The position numbers and the translations under genes were made by a program. This document shows, piece after piece, positions 1 to 8,056 of a DNA stretch of 32,000 bases. The stretch comes from Candidatus Electronema halotolerans. GTDB taxonomy: Bacteria > Desulfobacterota > Desulfobulbia > Desulfobulbales > Desulfobulbaceae. Under the pieces are notes generated by a model, which did not search any database, had not been told where the DNA came from, and worked only from the letters and a program-made list of their open reading frames with translations. The stretch covers positions 2,520,001 through 2,552,000 of the forward strand of contig OW818675.1 in assembly GCA_942493095.1 (NCBI GenBank), written 5' to 3'. Numbering within the stretch: the first letter of the stretch is position 1; each line of letters opens with the position of its first letter.

Positions 1-791
1 GTGCGCTCCCGTTTGGTGACAAAGTCGGTGTAGGTGCTGCGCAGTTTTGCTCTGAGCCGCTCCTCATCTGTGCCGGTTGGACAGGGCGCGCTGGCCCGAT
101 AGTCCAAGCTGTCCTTGAGCATGGCCGTGATCAGGGCCGCGCTCTGGCGGCGGCGGTTCTCCCAGTCCTGGGCAAAGGCTTGGATGACCCGCTCTATCAG
201 CTCTTCCAAGTCCTGATCAATCGCCTTGAGGCTGTTGAGCAGGGCGATGCGCTGGCTGTAAGTGGCCTTGTTGGCGTTGAAGAGGCGGATTGAGTTGAAA
301 TGCTTGCGGAACTCGTTCTGCCAGTCAGCAAGGAAGCGGCTTTCCTCGTCCTTGCAGTTGATGATCGCCATGCGCGGCCTGCCAGTCAGGCGGAGGATTT
401 CCATCTCCGCCTTGTCCATGTTGCGGAGCGGACGTGAGCCATCGACAACAAAAATGATGCCCGCACCCGCAGCCAAGGGAGTCAGCAGGGCGCAGTCATC
501 GTGCAGGGCCGGGTCATTGCCGTGAATGCGGAGAAACTCAGTCAGCATCTGCTGATCATTGCCCTGCCAGGCCCGCATCCAGGCCAAGGTCTTGCGGGGA
601 TTCTGAAAACCGGGCGTGTCAATGAAGCGGATGACCTCGCGTCCGTCGATCAGCACTGGAAAGCGGCGGCATTCGGTGGTCTCGCCCGGCACCGGACTGA
701 TCCGCACCGAGTCATCCTCGCTCAGGGTGGAAACCACTGAGGACTTGCCCTCGTTCGGGTGGCCGACTATGGCGAATTCAGGAATCATCAT
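1..791 (-). CDS. GTP-binding protein, DUF3482-type (N-terminal GTPase domain; C-terminus lies beyond the window's left edge)
   Basis: My own minus-strand translation from ATG at 791 stays open to position 1: MMIPEFAIVGHPNEGKSSVVSTL...FIDTPGF...IINCKDE. It shows G1 GxxxxGKS, G3 DTPG and a G4-like NCKD. It is absent from the ORF track because no stop lies in the window. The ATG overlaps the upstream gene's TGA (ATGA at 791-788). Confidence 0.8.
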   Translation of the reverse strand, partial: MMIPEFAIVGHPNEGKSSVVSTLSEDDSVRISPVPGETTECRRFPVLIDGREVIRFIDTPGFQNPRKTLAWMRAWQGNDQQMLTEFLRIHGNDPALHDDCALLTPLAAGAGIIFVVDGSRPLRNMDKAEMEILRLTGRPRMAIINCKDEESRFLADWQNEFRKHFNSIRLFNANKATYSQRIALLNSLKAIDQDLEELIERVIQAFAQDWENRRRQSAALITAMLKDSLDYRASAPCPTGTDEERLRAKLRSTYTDFVTKRER

Positions 792-2353
792 GACACCAGC
801 GGGATGACTTGCAGGGCCGGATCGCTGATTGTGGCGACTTTCTGCCGCCAGATGCGCAGATGCTCCGGTCGGGCCGGGGTGAGCATCGTCTCTGCTTCCG
901 GCTTGCCAAGCAGAGCAAGAATGATCAGCGGCTGCGGGCCGAGCGTCTGGCGAAGCAGTCCCAGCCAAGCGAGAAACTCCTGCACTGGCGGCTGCCATGC
1001 TTCTTGGAGGACCAGAACATCTGCGCTGTCCTCTGCCGCCATTGCTGCCTTGAGCGCAGCCAGTTCCTCTTCCTCGCTTTTGTCCAAGGTCCAGAACGGC
1101 AGAGTCCAGCCAAGCTGATGCCCTGTCCGGCGGCGGACCTGCGCGGCCAAGTGCTCCGGCGGGCAGTCGGCAAACAGCTCCTCTGGAATCAGCGCGGCCA
1201 GGGGCTGGGCAGACGTGCTGGCAACAGGTTCTGCCGCGCTCGGCAGCTCTGCCAGCGGAGCTGCTGCCGCTCTGCCCTCTTGGCCACGAGCAGCCGCCGT
1301 AATCAGCGGGGTGCGCATCCGCTGGATGATCTGGCGGAAGCAGCCCTGCTGCAAGTCCAGTCGAGCCAGCTCCTTGCGCTGACTGAAAAGACCGGCGGTC
1401 AGCAGAAGCAGCCGGGGCAGCAGGCCGTAGCAGAGCACGGACAGGCAGAGAAATGGCCACCATGAAACTAAATCGCGGTTGGCCAAGGAGTAGATGCCAT
1501 CCTTGAGAATCAGGCGCGAGCCTTGGATTTGTTCCAAGGACGGCACCCACGCATCCGAGAGCCAAGTCCACGGCAGGCTGATTGTTGTTGCCAAGGCGTG
1601 AACTGCCGCCGCATCAATCTGCAAGGTGCTCTGCCAGCCAAAGGCCAGATCAGAGCCGATCACCTTGAGCAGGGTGGCGGCCAGCACCCCGATATTGAAG
1701 CTGATGCCGAAGAGCTGGGCAAGGAGGAAGAACGGGCGGACAAAGAGCAGGCCGTGCCGCTGCCGCAGATGCTTGAGACTGCCTGCACGGGCGGCCCAGT
1801 GCAGGCGTGTTCCTGCGGACAGCCGTGAGCCTGCCCGCTGCCCGGCAGCCATGCACCGCTCTAACATATAGAAGAAAAGCCGCTCGCTTAGGCGGTAGAG
1901 GAACGAGGATTCAAGCATGCTGCGCCCGCGCTGTTTGCCGCAGAGAACTGAGACGGTCAGGAAAAAAATCAGGGCAAGCTGGAGGAGGACAAAGACGGCA
2001 AAATAGGCCGCCACATTGACCGGCTCTGCCCCGGAATAGGCAAGCAGGGAAAAGGCCAAGCCGCCGCCGCTGCTCAGTCCGGCCAGCATGATGGCCGCAG
2101 CAAAGAGAACGATCAGCTCCTGCCAGAGCGCGCCAGGCAAGGCCGCATCCTGTTCCGTCTGCCTGCGCCTGTTCAGCCAGCCGCGCAGCAGTCCCCCTGC
2201 CTTGTCCTCCTTGACCGCCGCTGGCAGCCCCAGCCAGATTTCGCGGTCGCGGGCCGCCAGTCGGTCAATGTCTTCCCCCTCATCACCAGCAAGGAAGAAT
2301 TCCAGATCAAGCAGCTCGGCTGTGCTCCATTGTTTTCCGGTCATTTTTTGCAT
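788..2353 (-). CDS. DUF2868-like polytopic membrane protein (conserved partner of DUF3482 GTPases)
   Basis: 521-aa ORF with a soluble N-terminus, several hydrophobic segments in the middle and a soluble Ala/Leu-rich C-terminus. It is translationally coupled to the downstream GTPase. The family name comes from recalled architecture and gene pairing, not from a search. Confidence 0.7.
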   Translation of the reverse strand: MQKMTGKQWSTAELLDLEFFLAGDEGEDIDRLAARDREIWLGLPAAVKEDKAGGLLRGWLNRRRQTEQDAALPGALWQELIVLFAAAIMLAGLSSGGGLAFSLLAYSGAEPVNVAAYFAVFVLLQLALIFFLTVSVLCGKQRGRSMLESSFLYRLSERLFFYMLERCMAAGQRAGSRLSAGTRLHWAARAGSLKHLRQRHGLLFVRPFFLLAQLFGISFNIGVLAATLLKVIGSDLAFGWQSTLQIDAAAVHALATTISLPWTWLSDAWVPSLEQIQGSRLILKDGIYSLANRDLVSWWPFLCLSVLCYGLLPRLLLLTAGLFSQRKELARLDLQQGCFRQIIQRMRTPLITAAARGQEGRAAAAPLAELPSAAEPVASTSAQPLAALIPEELFADCPPEHLAAQVRRRTGHQLGWTLPFWTLDKSEEEELAALKAAMAAEDSADVLVLQEAWQPPVQEFLAWLGLLRQTLGPQPLIILALLGKPEAETMLTPARPEHLRIWRQKVATISDPALQVIPLVS

Positions 2354-2372
2354 GTTCGGAACTTGCCCGGCT

Positions 2373-3509
2373 TCAAGATGATGCCGCGCTGCGCAACCTG
2401 ATCAGGGCGATTTCGCTGCGCTGCCAGAGGCGCATTCGCGGCCCCCAGGTGCCGGTGCCCCGGCAGACTATCAGATTCATGCCGTCAACCACATACTGCC
2501 CGCTGACAAAAGGATAGGGGATGCGGGCCAAATAGGTGAAAGGCCATATCTGACCATTGTGAGTGTGGCCGGAGAGCATCAGACTGACTCCGCTGGCAGC
2601 AGCCTGCTCCACCTGCCAAGGCGTGTGGGAAAGAAGTATCGTTGCTGCTCCGGCAGGCCGGTCAGCAAGGGCGCGGCTAAGATATCCCTCTCCCTCTTCT
2701 GTCTCGCCTCGACGATGCGCCAAGGTCAGATCATCAATGCCTGCCAGCAGCAGGTGGTCAGCAAGCAATGTCCCTTGATTGCGCAGCAGCCGGATGCCTG
2801 CATCGGCAAGAATGGCGGCCCCGGCTTCCTGGCGGCCTGAACGCATGAGGTCATGATTGCCCCAGACCGCGAACACGCCAAGCGGGGCGGAGAGCTGCCG
2901 CAGCACAGGAACCAGCGCGGCAGGGTCAGGGGTCTTTTCAAAAATATCACCGACAAGGACGATGCAGTCTGGCTGCAAGGCCTGCACCTGCTGGACACGG
3001 GCCTTGAGCCAGTCCGCATTGATCAGCATTTCACCAAGATGCAGGTCGGAAATCATGGCGATTTTGATGCCGTCCAAGTCCGCAGGCAGCCTGTTGACAG
3101 TGACTTCATACTGCTCAACCACTGGCGGACGCAGTCCTTGGACATGCGCGGTCAGCACCAAAACTGCGCCGCAGGCCAGCGCGATGCTGCGCAGGCGGAA
3201 CACCAGCACTTGGGGCAGAAACAGGCCAAAGCCGCTGATCAGATCAACCGCAAGCAGGGCGGCGGCAAGCAGGAAAAGGCTGCCCATCCACTGCATTCCG
3301 GCAAACTCGAACAGCTCTGCCAGCAGCGTGCCCTCATGTCTGCGGAGCGTCCGGCCCAGCACAAAAATCAGCCAGAGCAGCAGGCCGCTGCCCAGCAGCA
3401 GCTTGCGGCCAAGGCCGCTGCGGCACCACGGCAATGGTGCAAGACGAGTAAAAACATAGACATGCAGGACCGTGATCACACTGGTCAGGATGATGCCGAA
3501 AAATGACAT
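2373..3509 (-). CDS. membrane-anchored metallophosphoesterase (calcineurin-like)
   Basis: 378 aa. Four N-terminal hydrophobic helices are followed by the motifs ISDLHLG, VGDIFE, GNHD and GHTHNG. An AGGAGG Shine-Dalgarno lies upstream of the ATG at 3509. Confidence 0.9.
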   Translation of the reverse strand: MSFFGIILTSVITVLHVYVFTRLAPLPWCRSGLGRKLLLGSGLLLWLIFVLGRTLRRHEGTLLAELFEFAGMQWMGSLFLLAAALLAVDLISGFGLFLPQVLVFRLRSIALACGAVLVLTAHVQGLRPPVVEQYEVTVNRLPADLDGIKIAMISDLHLGEMLINADWLKARVQQVQALQPDCIVLVGDIFEKTPDPAALVPVLRQLSAPLGVFAVWGNHDLMRSGRQEAGAAILADAGIRLLRNQGTLLADHLLLAGIDDLTLAHRRGETEEGEGYLSRALADRPAGAATILLSHTPWQVEQAAASGVSLMLSGHTHNGQIWPFTYLARIPYPFVSGQYVVDGMNLIVCRGTGTWGPRMRLWQRSEIALIRLRSAASS

Positions 3510-3705
3510 GAAAGCCTCCTTTTTTTTGCTTTACCTCCTTTTTACGATATTTTCTCCTGAAAATCAGCCCCGAAAAAGCAGCGGACCGGATTGCCGCGCT
3601 CCAGCGCATCGTGTTGCCGCCAAAGCAATCAAATTTAACTGCCTGACATTTTTTGTTTTTTACAAGGGGTGCGGCCCGCAGGCTGCGGGCGCGGCCTTTG
3701 TTGAG

Positions 3706-3735
3706 TTGAGACTGGGACTAAAAATAGAGTATATT
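3706..3735 (+). promoter_or_regulatory. candidate sigma70-type promoter for the rhodanese gene (TTGAGA-18 nt-TATATT)
   Basis: TTGAGA at 3706-3711 and TATATT at 3730-3735 with an 18-nt spacer, about 70 nt upstream of the ATG at 3804. This is a motif match only. Confidence 0.3.
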
Positions 3736-3803
3736 TTATTGTACCCGACTGCGCGGCCTTCGCCCGCAGTTCAGTCTCAGCACAACAAAAAAAGGAGGAA
3801 ATC

Positions 3804-4202
3804 ATGAAAAACGTTTTATTTGCCTTGGCCATCATCTTGGCCTGCGCCAGTGTTCTGCCAGCTGCGGCGGCCAATGTGCCGCTGATAAGCAAGGAGGAAG
3901 TCAGAGCCAATCTGGGGTCGCCCTCGCTGCTTATTTTAGATCTGCGCACCAGAAAGCAATGGGAGACCAGTCCATACAAGATACCGGGCGCGCACTGGAT
4001 GCCAAAGGACAAGGTCGATCTCTGGGCCAGGAATCTGCCTCTGAACAAAACAATTTTGCTCTATTGCGCCTGCGACGGCATGGGATCAAGCGGCGTGGTG
4101 GCGCAGGAGCTGCTGGCTAAAGGCTTCAGTCACACCTGTGTTCTTGACGGCGGCTGGCATGAATGGCAGGCCAGCGGCTATCCGCTTCAGGAACGCCGCT
4201 GA
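3804..4202 (+). CDS. secreted single-domain rhodanese-like sulfurtransferase
   Basis: 132 aa. Signal peptide MKNVLFALAIILACASVLPAAAA; rhodanese active-site loop YCACDGMGSSG; strong AGGAGG Shine-Dalgarno at 3793-3798. Confidence 0.85.
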   Translation: MKNVLFALAIILACASVLPAAAANVPLISKEEVRANLGSPSLLILDLRTRKQWETSPYKIPGAHWMPKDKVDLWARNLPLNKTILLYCACDGMGSSGVVAQELLAKGFSHTCVLDGGWHEWQASGYPLQERR

Positions 4203-4221
4203 CCTGTTGCGCCTGCTTGCT

Positions 4222-5862
4222 TTATTGCAGCGGCACGGTCTGGTCATCAGCCAGACCGCTGCCTTCCTGCTGATCCGCTTCCCGAAAACAGACGCGCAGC
4301 GTGCTGCCGGAGGCGGCATCAAAACGGCTGTACGGCAGGCGGATGCGAATGCTGCTGTCAGCAAGCGAGACCGCTCCGTCTGCCAGCGGCTCCAAGGACT
4401 GCCTTTGCTGCGGCCTGATGGCATAAAGGCTGGCATACGCCTGTCCTGCTCCGTCAGGCGCGGCAAGCAGCAGATCAAGCTCCAGATCATAGCCTGTTCT
4501 GTCTGCGGCATCAGGCAGCGCAGCCCCGCTGGCCGGATTCATATCCGTGTCAAAGTAGAACGTGATCAGCGAGTCAAAATCTCCCCGGTTTTCCGCAGCA
4601 AAATAGTCAGCCAAGGGCTTGGCTAAGGTCACGGTCAGCTCCAGCTCATTCTCCTGCCCTTGGGCGGAAACTTCCCTGATGTCCAAAAGCGGATTGCGGG
4701 TGTCTCCGGCAGGGTCGCGCCAGATGATGAAGCCATCCACTGCGGGCAGCACCTGCACCTGCGGCGGCATGTCTGATTCTGGCGCAGGCGCTGCCGTTTC
4801 TGGAGGCGGCAGGGGAATATTCAGACCCCGTTGTTCCGCTGCTTGGCGAAGCTGCCGCAGGAATTCCTCCCGGATATGTTGCAATTCGCCTGGCATTTTT
4901 GGCCCAGCGGCCACAAACGCGCCGATCAATCCCAGCAGAGGCAGCATGATGCCGAACAGGGCCATTGGCATCCACAGGCAGCGGCAGGTGCTGTCAGGAT
5001 CAATCCGGCCTGCAGCCTGCTTGAGGTCGCGATATACCACAACGGCATAACAGATAAAAAATAACGAAATAAAAAAGGACAGAACCTGAATGACAATCTG
5101 CTGCCCCGGAAAAGGGACAAAGTGCGGCAGCAGGCCTAACGGCACGTTCAAAGCCATGACTGCCAGCCAAGCCAGCAGCATCTTGAAAAAGGTGTTCCAC
5201 CAGTGACCGCGCACGTACAGGCGGCTGGCCATGAGCGCGTCAAGGCCGGTGCGGTCCTCGTCAATCATGACGTAAAACCAGAAGAACATGGACAGCGACA
5301 GAATCAGGCCGGGCAGGAGAAAAAATATGCTGGCAGTCATCAAGATGCCGACATAGAGACTACTGATCCAAAGCATGGGGAGCAGATATTTCCAACCGGT
5401 GCAGAGAGCTTCAATGATGCCCTGATGCTCATCCACAGCAGCGGCCAAGGCGGCTGTATAGACCCAGCATACCAGCAGGAAGGCCGCCAGCAGCATCACT
5501 GCGCCTGCGCCGAGCAGCGGCAGGGCCAGCGGATGGGTCATCAGCTGCTGGGGATCAGCAATTATCTGCTGCACTTCATTTGTGAAGAACTGCTGCAGCT
5601 GCGGCCAGTTCAAACCCAAGCCGGAGTACGCGCCAAAGCCCAGTCCGGCCAGCACCAGACCTGTGAAAAGATAACCGAGCAGCATCACTCCGGTCAGATG
5701 CAGGATGCGCCGTTTATAGAGACTGAACGCATCAGCGAAAATTTGGCCGACAGAGCTGATCTCGCCTTTCTGCACTTCCGGTTTCGGCTTGGCCGGTCGT
5801 CGCTGCGGCGGAGTTCTCGGAGTCGGGACAGGCGGAACAGGTCGTCGTTTCATCGTAGCCAT
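4222..5862 (-). CDS. hypothetical polytopic membrane protein with a Pro/Arg/Lys-rich N-terminus and a C-terminal soluble beta-rich domain
   Basis: Long ORF 4222-5937. I prefer the start at 5862 (MATMKRRP) or 5853, because a start at 5937 would overlap yggU by 47 nt. There are about 8 hydrophobic segments followed by a soluble tail of about 190 aa. I recognise no family. Confidence 0.7.
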   Translation of the reverse strand: MATMKRRPVPPVPTPRTPPQRRPAKPKPEVQKGEISSVGQIFADAFSLYKRRILHLTGVMLLGYLFTGLVLAGLGFGAYSGLGLNWPQLQQFFTNEVQQIIADPQQLMTHPLALPLLGAGAVMLLAAFLLVCWVYTAALAAAVDEHQGIIEALCTGWKYLLPMLWISSLYVGILMTASIFFLLPGLILSLSMFFWFYVMIDEDRTGLDALMASRLYVRGHWWNTFFKMLLAWLAVMALNVPLGLLPHFVPFPGQQIVIQVLSFFISLFFICYAVVVYRDLKQAAGRIDPDSTCRCLWMPMALFGIMLPLLGLIGAFVAAGPKMPGELQHIREEFLRQLRQAAEQRGLNIPLPPPETAAPAPESDMPPQVQVLPAVDGFIIWRDPAGDTRNPLLDIREVSAQGQENELELTVTLAKPLADYFAAENRGDFDSLITFYFDTDMNPASGAALPDAADRTGYDLELDLLLAAPDGAGQAYASLYAIRPQQRQSLEPLADGAVSLADSSIRIRLPYSRFDAASGSTLRVCFREADQQEGSGLADDQTVPLQ

Positions 5863-5890
5863 AGCAGGAAATTCAGCCGGTTGAGATGCC

Positions 5891-6190
5891 TCAGATCCGC
5901 TCCAGCACCAGCAGGGAGCGGGCTTCGTGTTCGGCAATGCCGGTCAGCAGAAGTGTTTTGGCCCGGCTGCGCAGGCCGCTCCTGATGACAACAGCGGACT
6001 TGGGAAGATGGAGCAGTTGCGCAAGAAAAGCAATGACCGCCTTGTTGGCCTTGCCATCAACTGGCGGCGCGGCCAGCCGCAGCTTGAGCGCGTCGCCGTG
6101 CATTCCAGCCAGCTCGGTGCGGGCGGCACCGGGCTGAACATGGACGGAAAGCAGCAGGCCGCCGTCAGAGCGGGCTTGCAGGCAGGGCAT
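5891..6190 (-). CDS. yggU: DUF167 (YggU) family protein
   Basis: 99 aa with the typical DUF167 sequence ...LSVHVQPGAARTELAG...LKLRLAAPPVDGKANKAVIAFLA.... It lies directly downstream of yggT, as in many bacteria. Confidence 0.85.
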   Translation of the reverse strand: MPCLQARSDGGLLLSVHVQPGAARTELAGMHGDALKLRLAAPPVDGKANKAVIAFLAQLLHLPKSAVVIRSGLRSRAKTLLLTGIAEHEARSLLVLERI

Positions 6191-6191
6191 T

Positions 6192-6488
6192 TCAGTGCAG
6201 ACTTTGGCCGATTTGATTCAAGGTTGGCACCAAAAAGCTCTGGAGAAAGACAATGGCCAGAATTAAAATCATGGGACTCAAATCCAGTCCGCCCATCGGC
6301 GGCAGGCGGCGGCGGATTCTGTCTAAAACCGGATCAGTCACCTGCGTGAGGAAGCGCACCACCGGGTTGTAGGGATCAGCATTGACCCACGAAATGACCG
6401 CCCTGGCAATCACAATCCAGATATAGGCATTAGATACGATATAGATGAGATTTGCAAGGGCGAGAATGAAATTTCCGAGCATGAACAT
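6192..6488 (-). CDS. yggT: YggT family membrane protein
   Basis: 98 aa with two hydrophobic helices and the YggT-like core VISWVNADPYNPVVRFLTQVTDPVLDRIRR. Confidence 0.85.
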   Translation of the reverse strand: MFMLGNFILALANLIYIVSNAYIWIVIARAVISWVNADPYNPVVRFLTQVTDPVLDRIRRRLPPMGGLDLSPMILILAIVFLQSFLVPTLNQIGQSLH

Positions 6489-6553
6489 GGAGAGTGATTC
6501 CGGGTTGGTGCCGCGCTTATGCGCTGTTGTTTTGTCCTTGCCGTGGCGGCAGA

Positions 6554-7069
6554 TCAGCCCTGCCAGCCGTTCAGATGGACCCGTTCCGGCAGAAAGATGT
6601 CCTTGCGGGCAAGGATTTGAGCTGGCGGCCCCATTGGCACAAAGGCAAAGGGGATGACCTGTTCCGGCAAGGCGAACTCCGCCTGAAAAGCGGCAGCTCG
6701 CTCGGCATCAGGATGAATGCCGGTCCAGACCGCGCCCAGCCCTGCGCCATGCGCGGCCAAGAGCAGGTTCTGGGTTGCGGCGGAGCAGTCCTCCACCCAG
6801 AAGCCTTTGTATTTTTCCAGCCGCAGGTCGCCACAGATAAGAATACCAAGAGATGCCTGTTTTGTCATCTGGGCATGAGGATGAATTTGCGGAATGCGGT
6901 CCAGCAGGGCGCGGTCACGGAGCACCACGAACTGCCACGGCTGGGCATTGCCAGCGGACGGCGCGCACATGGCGGCGGAGAGTATTTTCCGCAGCACCTC
7001 CTCGCTGACCTCGCCGCCAGCAAATTGCCTGATGCTTCGCCGGGTGTGAATTGCTTCAAAGATGTCCAT
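6554..7069 (-). CDS. nitroreductase family protein
   Basis: 171 aa. MDIFEAIHTRRSIRQF...APSAGNAQPW is the classic nitroreductase N-terminal signature. Confidence 0.9.
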   Translation of the reverse strand: MDIFEAIHTRRSIRQFAGGEVSEEVLRKILSAAMCAPSAGNAQPWQFVVLRDRALLDRIPQIHPHAQMTKQASLGILICGDLRLEKYKGFWVEDCSAATQNLLLAAHGAGLGAVWTGIHPDAERAAAFQAEFALPEQVIPFAFVPMGPPAQILARKDIFLPERVHLNGWQG

Positions 7070-7135
7070 TTTTATCTCCTTTCTTAGTTAGCACTATCAG
7101 TTACGCCTGTCAATCTACAGTCCGCAGGTCGAGAA

Positions 7136-8056
7136 TCAGGCCGAATTGCTCAGGCCCAGCTCGCGGAGTATCTGCTCGTTCTCGGTCCAGTTCTTCCTGA
7201 CTTTGACAAAGAGCTGGAGCCGCACCGGGCAGCCGAGCAGCTTTTCAATCTCCTTGGTCGCGGCCTTGCGGATTTGGCCGAGCATGACTCCTTTTTTGCC
7301 GATGATGATGCCCTTCTGCGAGTCGCGCTCCACGAGGATGGAAGCATGGATGGTCACGACTCCGGTCTGCTCGTCTTCTTTGAAGGACTCAATCAGCACG
7401 GCAGTGGAATAGGGAATTTCCTGCCGGGTGCGGAGGAAAATTTTCTCCCGGATCAGTTCGGCGGCAATGAAGCGTTCGGTCGCATCTGTGGGAATATCCG
7501 GCGGATAATACTGCGGCCCTTCCGGCAGGCGGCTGACCAATTCCCGCAGCAGAACTTCCGCGCCGTCGCCTTTCAGGGCTGAGACCGGCACCACGGCGGC
7601 AAAGGGATGCAGGCTCTGGAACCAGTCAATCAGGGGCAGCAACTGGTCCCGGCTGATCAGGTCAATCTTATTCAGGGCCAGCACGACCGGGCAAGCAGCC
7701 TGCTCCAGCCAGCCGCAGTAGTCCTGCCGCCGCTTCTCGCGCTTCTGGGCTTCGTCAGTCGCATCGGCAATAAACAGGGCCACGTCCGCTTCCGCCAGAG
7801 CCTCCAAGGCAATCCGCACCATTTCCCGGTTGAGCAGTTCTCTGGGCTGATGCAGGCCGGGTGTGTCCAAGAGAATCATCTGATAATCCGGGCCAGTGAT
7901 GATGCCCTGAATCCGGTTGCGGGTGGTCTGCGGCAGGGGCGTGACAATGGCGATTTTCTGTTCAAGAAAGCGGTTGAGCAGGGTGGATTTGCCCGCATTG
8001 GGCGGGCCAATCACCGCTATCACGCCGGAGCGGTGCGCTGCTTGGCAGGTGTTCAT
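7136..8056 (-). CDS. era: GTPase Era
   Basis: 306 aa with G1 GPPNAGKST, G3 DTPG, G4 NKID and a C-terminal KH domain (VERDSQKGIIIGKKG). The ATGA overlap with the upstream peptidase gene is at 8053-8056. Confidence 0.95.
   Translation of the reverse strand: MNTCQAAHRSGVIAVIGPPNAGKSTLLNRFLEQKIAIVTPLPQTTRNRIQGIITGPDYQMILLDTPGLHQPRELLNREMVRIALEALAEADVALFIADATDEAQKREKRRQDYCGWLEQAACPVVLALNKIDLISRDQLLPLIDWFQSLHPFAAVVPVSALKGDGAEVLLRELVSRLPEGPQYYPPDIPTDATERFIAAELIREKIFLRTRQEIPYSTAVLIESFKEDEQTGVVTIHASILVERDSQKGIIIGKKGVMLGQIRKAATKEIEKLLGCPVRLQLFVKVRKNWTENEQILRELGLSNSA

Noticed and set aside
809-1465. Plus-strand ORFs of 218, 217/200, 260, 239, 234 and 214 aa at 809-1465, 2853-3506, 5203-5985, 7607-8326, 11368-12072 and 12625-13269
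   Set aside because: All lie antisense to longer minus-strand genes with clear family signatures. They are treated as high-GC shadow ORFs.
5863-5937. Upstream start at 5937 for the 571-aa membrane protein
   Set aside because: It would overlap the 3' end of yggU (stop at 5891) by 47 nt, and it adds a Cys/Trp-rich peptide unlike the following Pro/Arg/Lys-rich region. This call is uncertain, because none of the candidate starts has a good Shine-Dalgarno.
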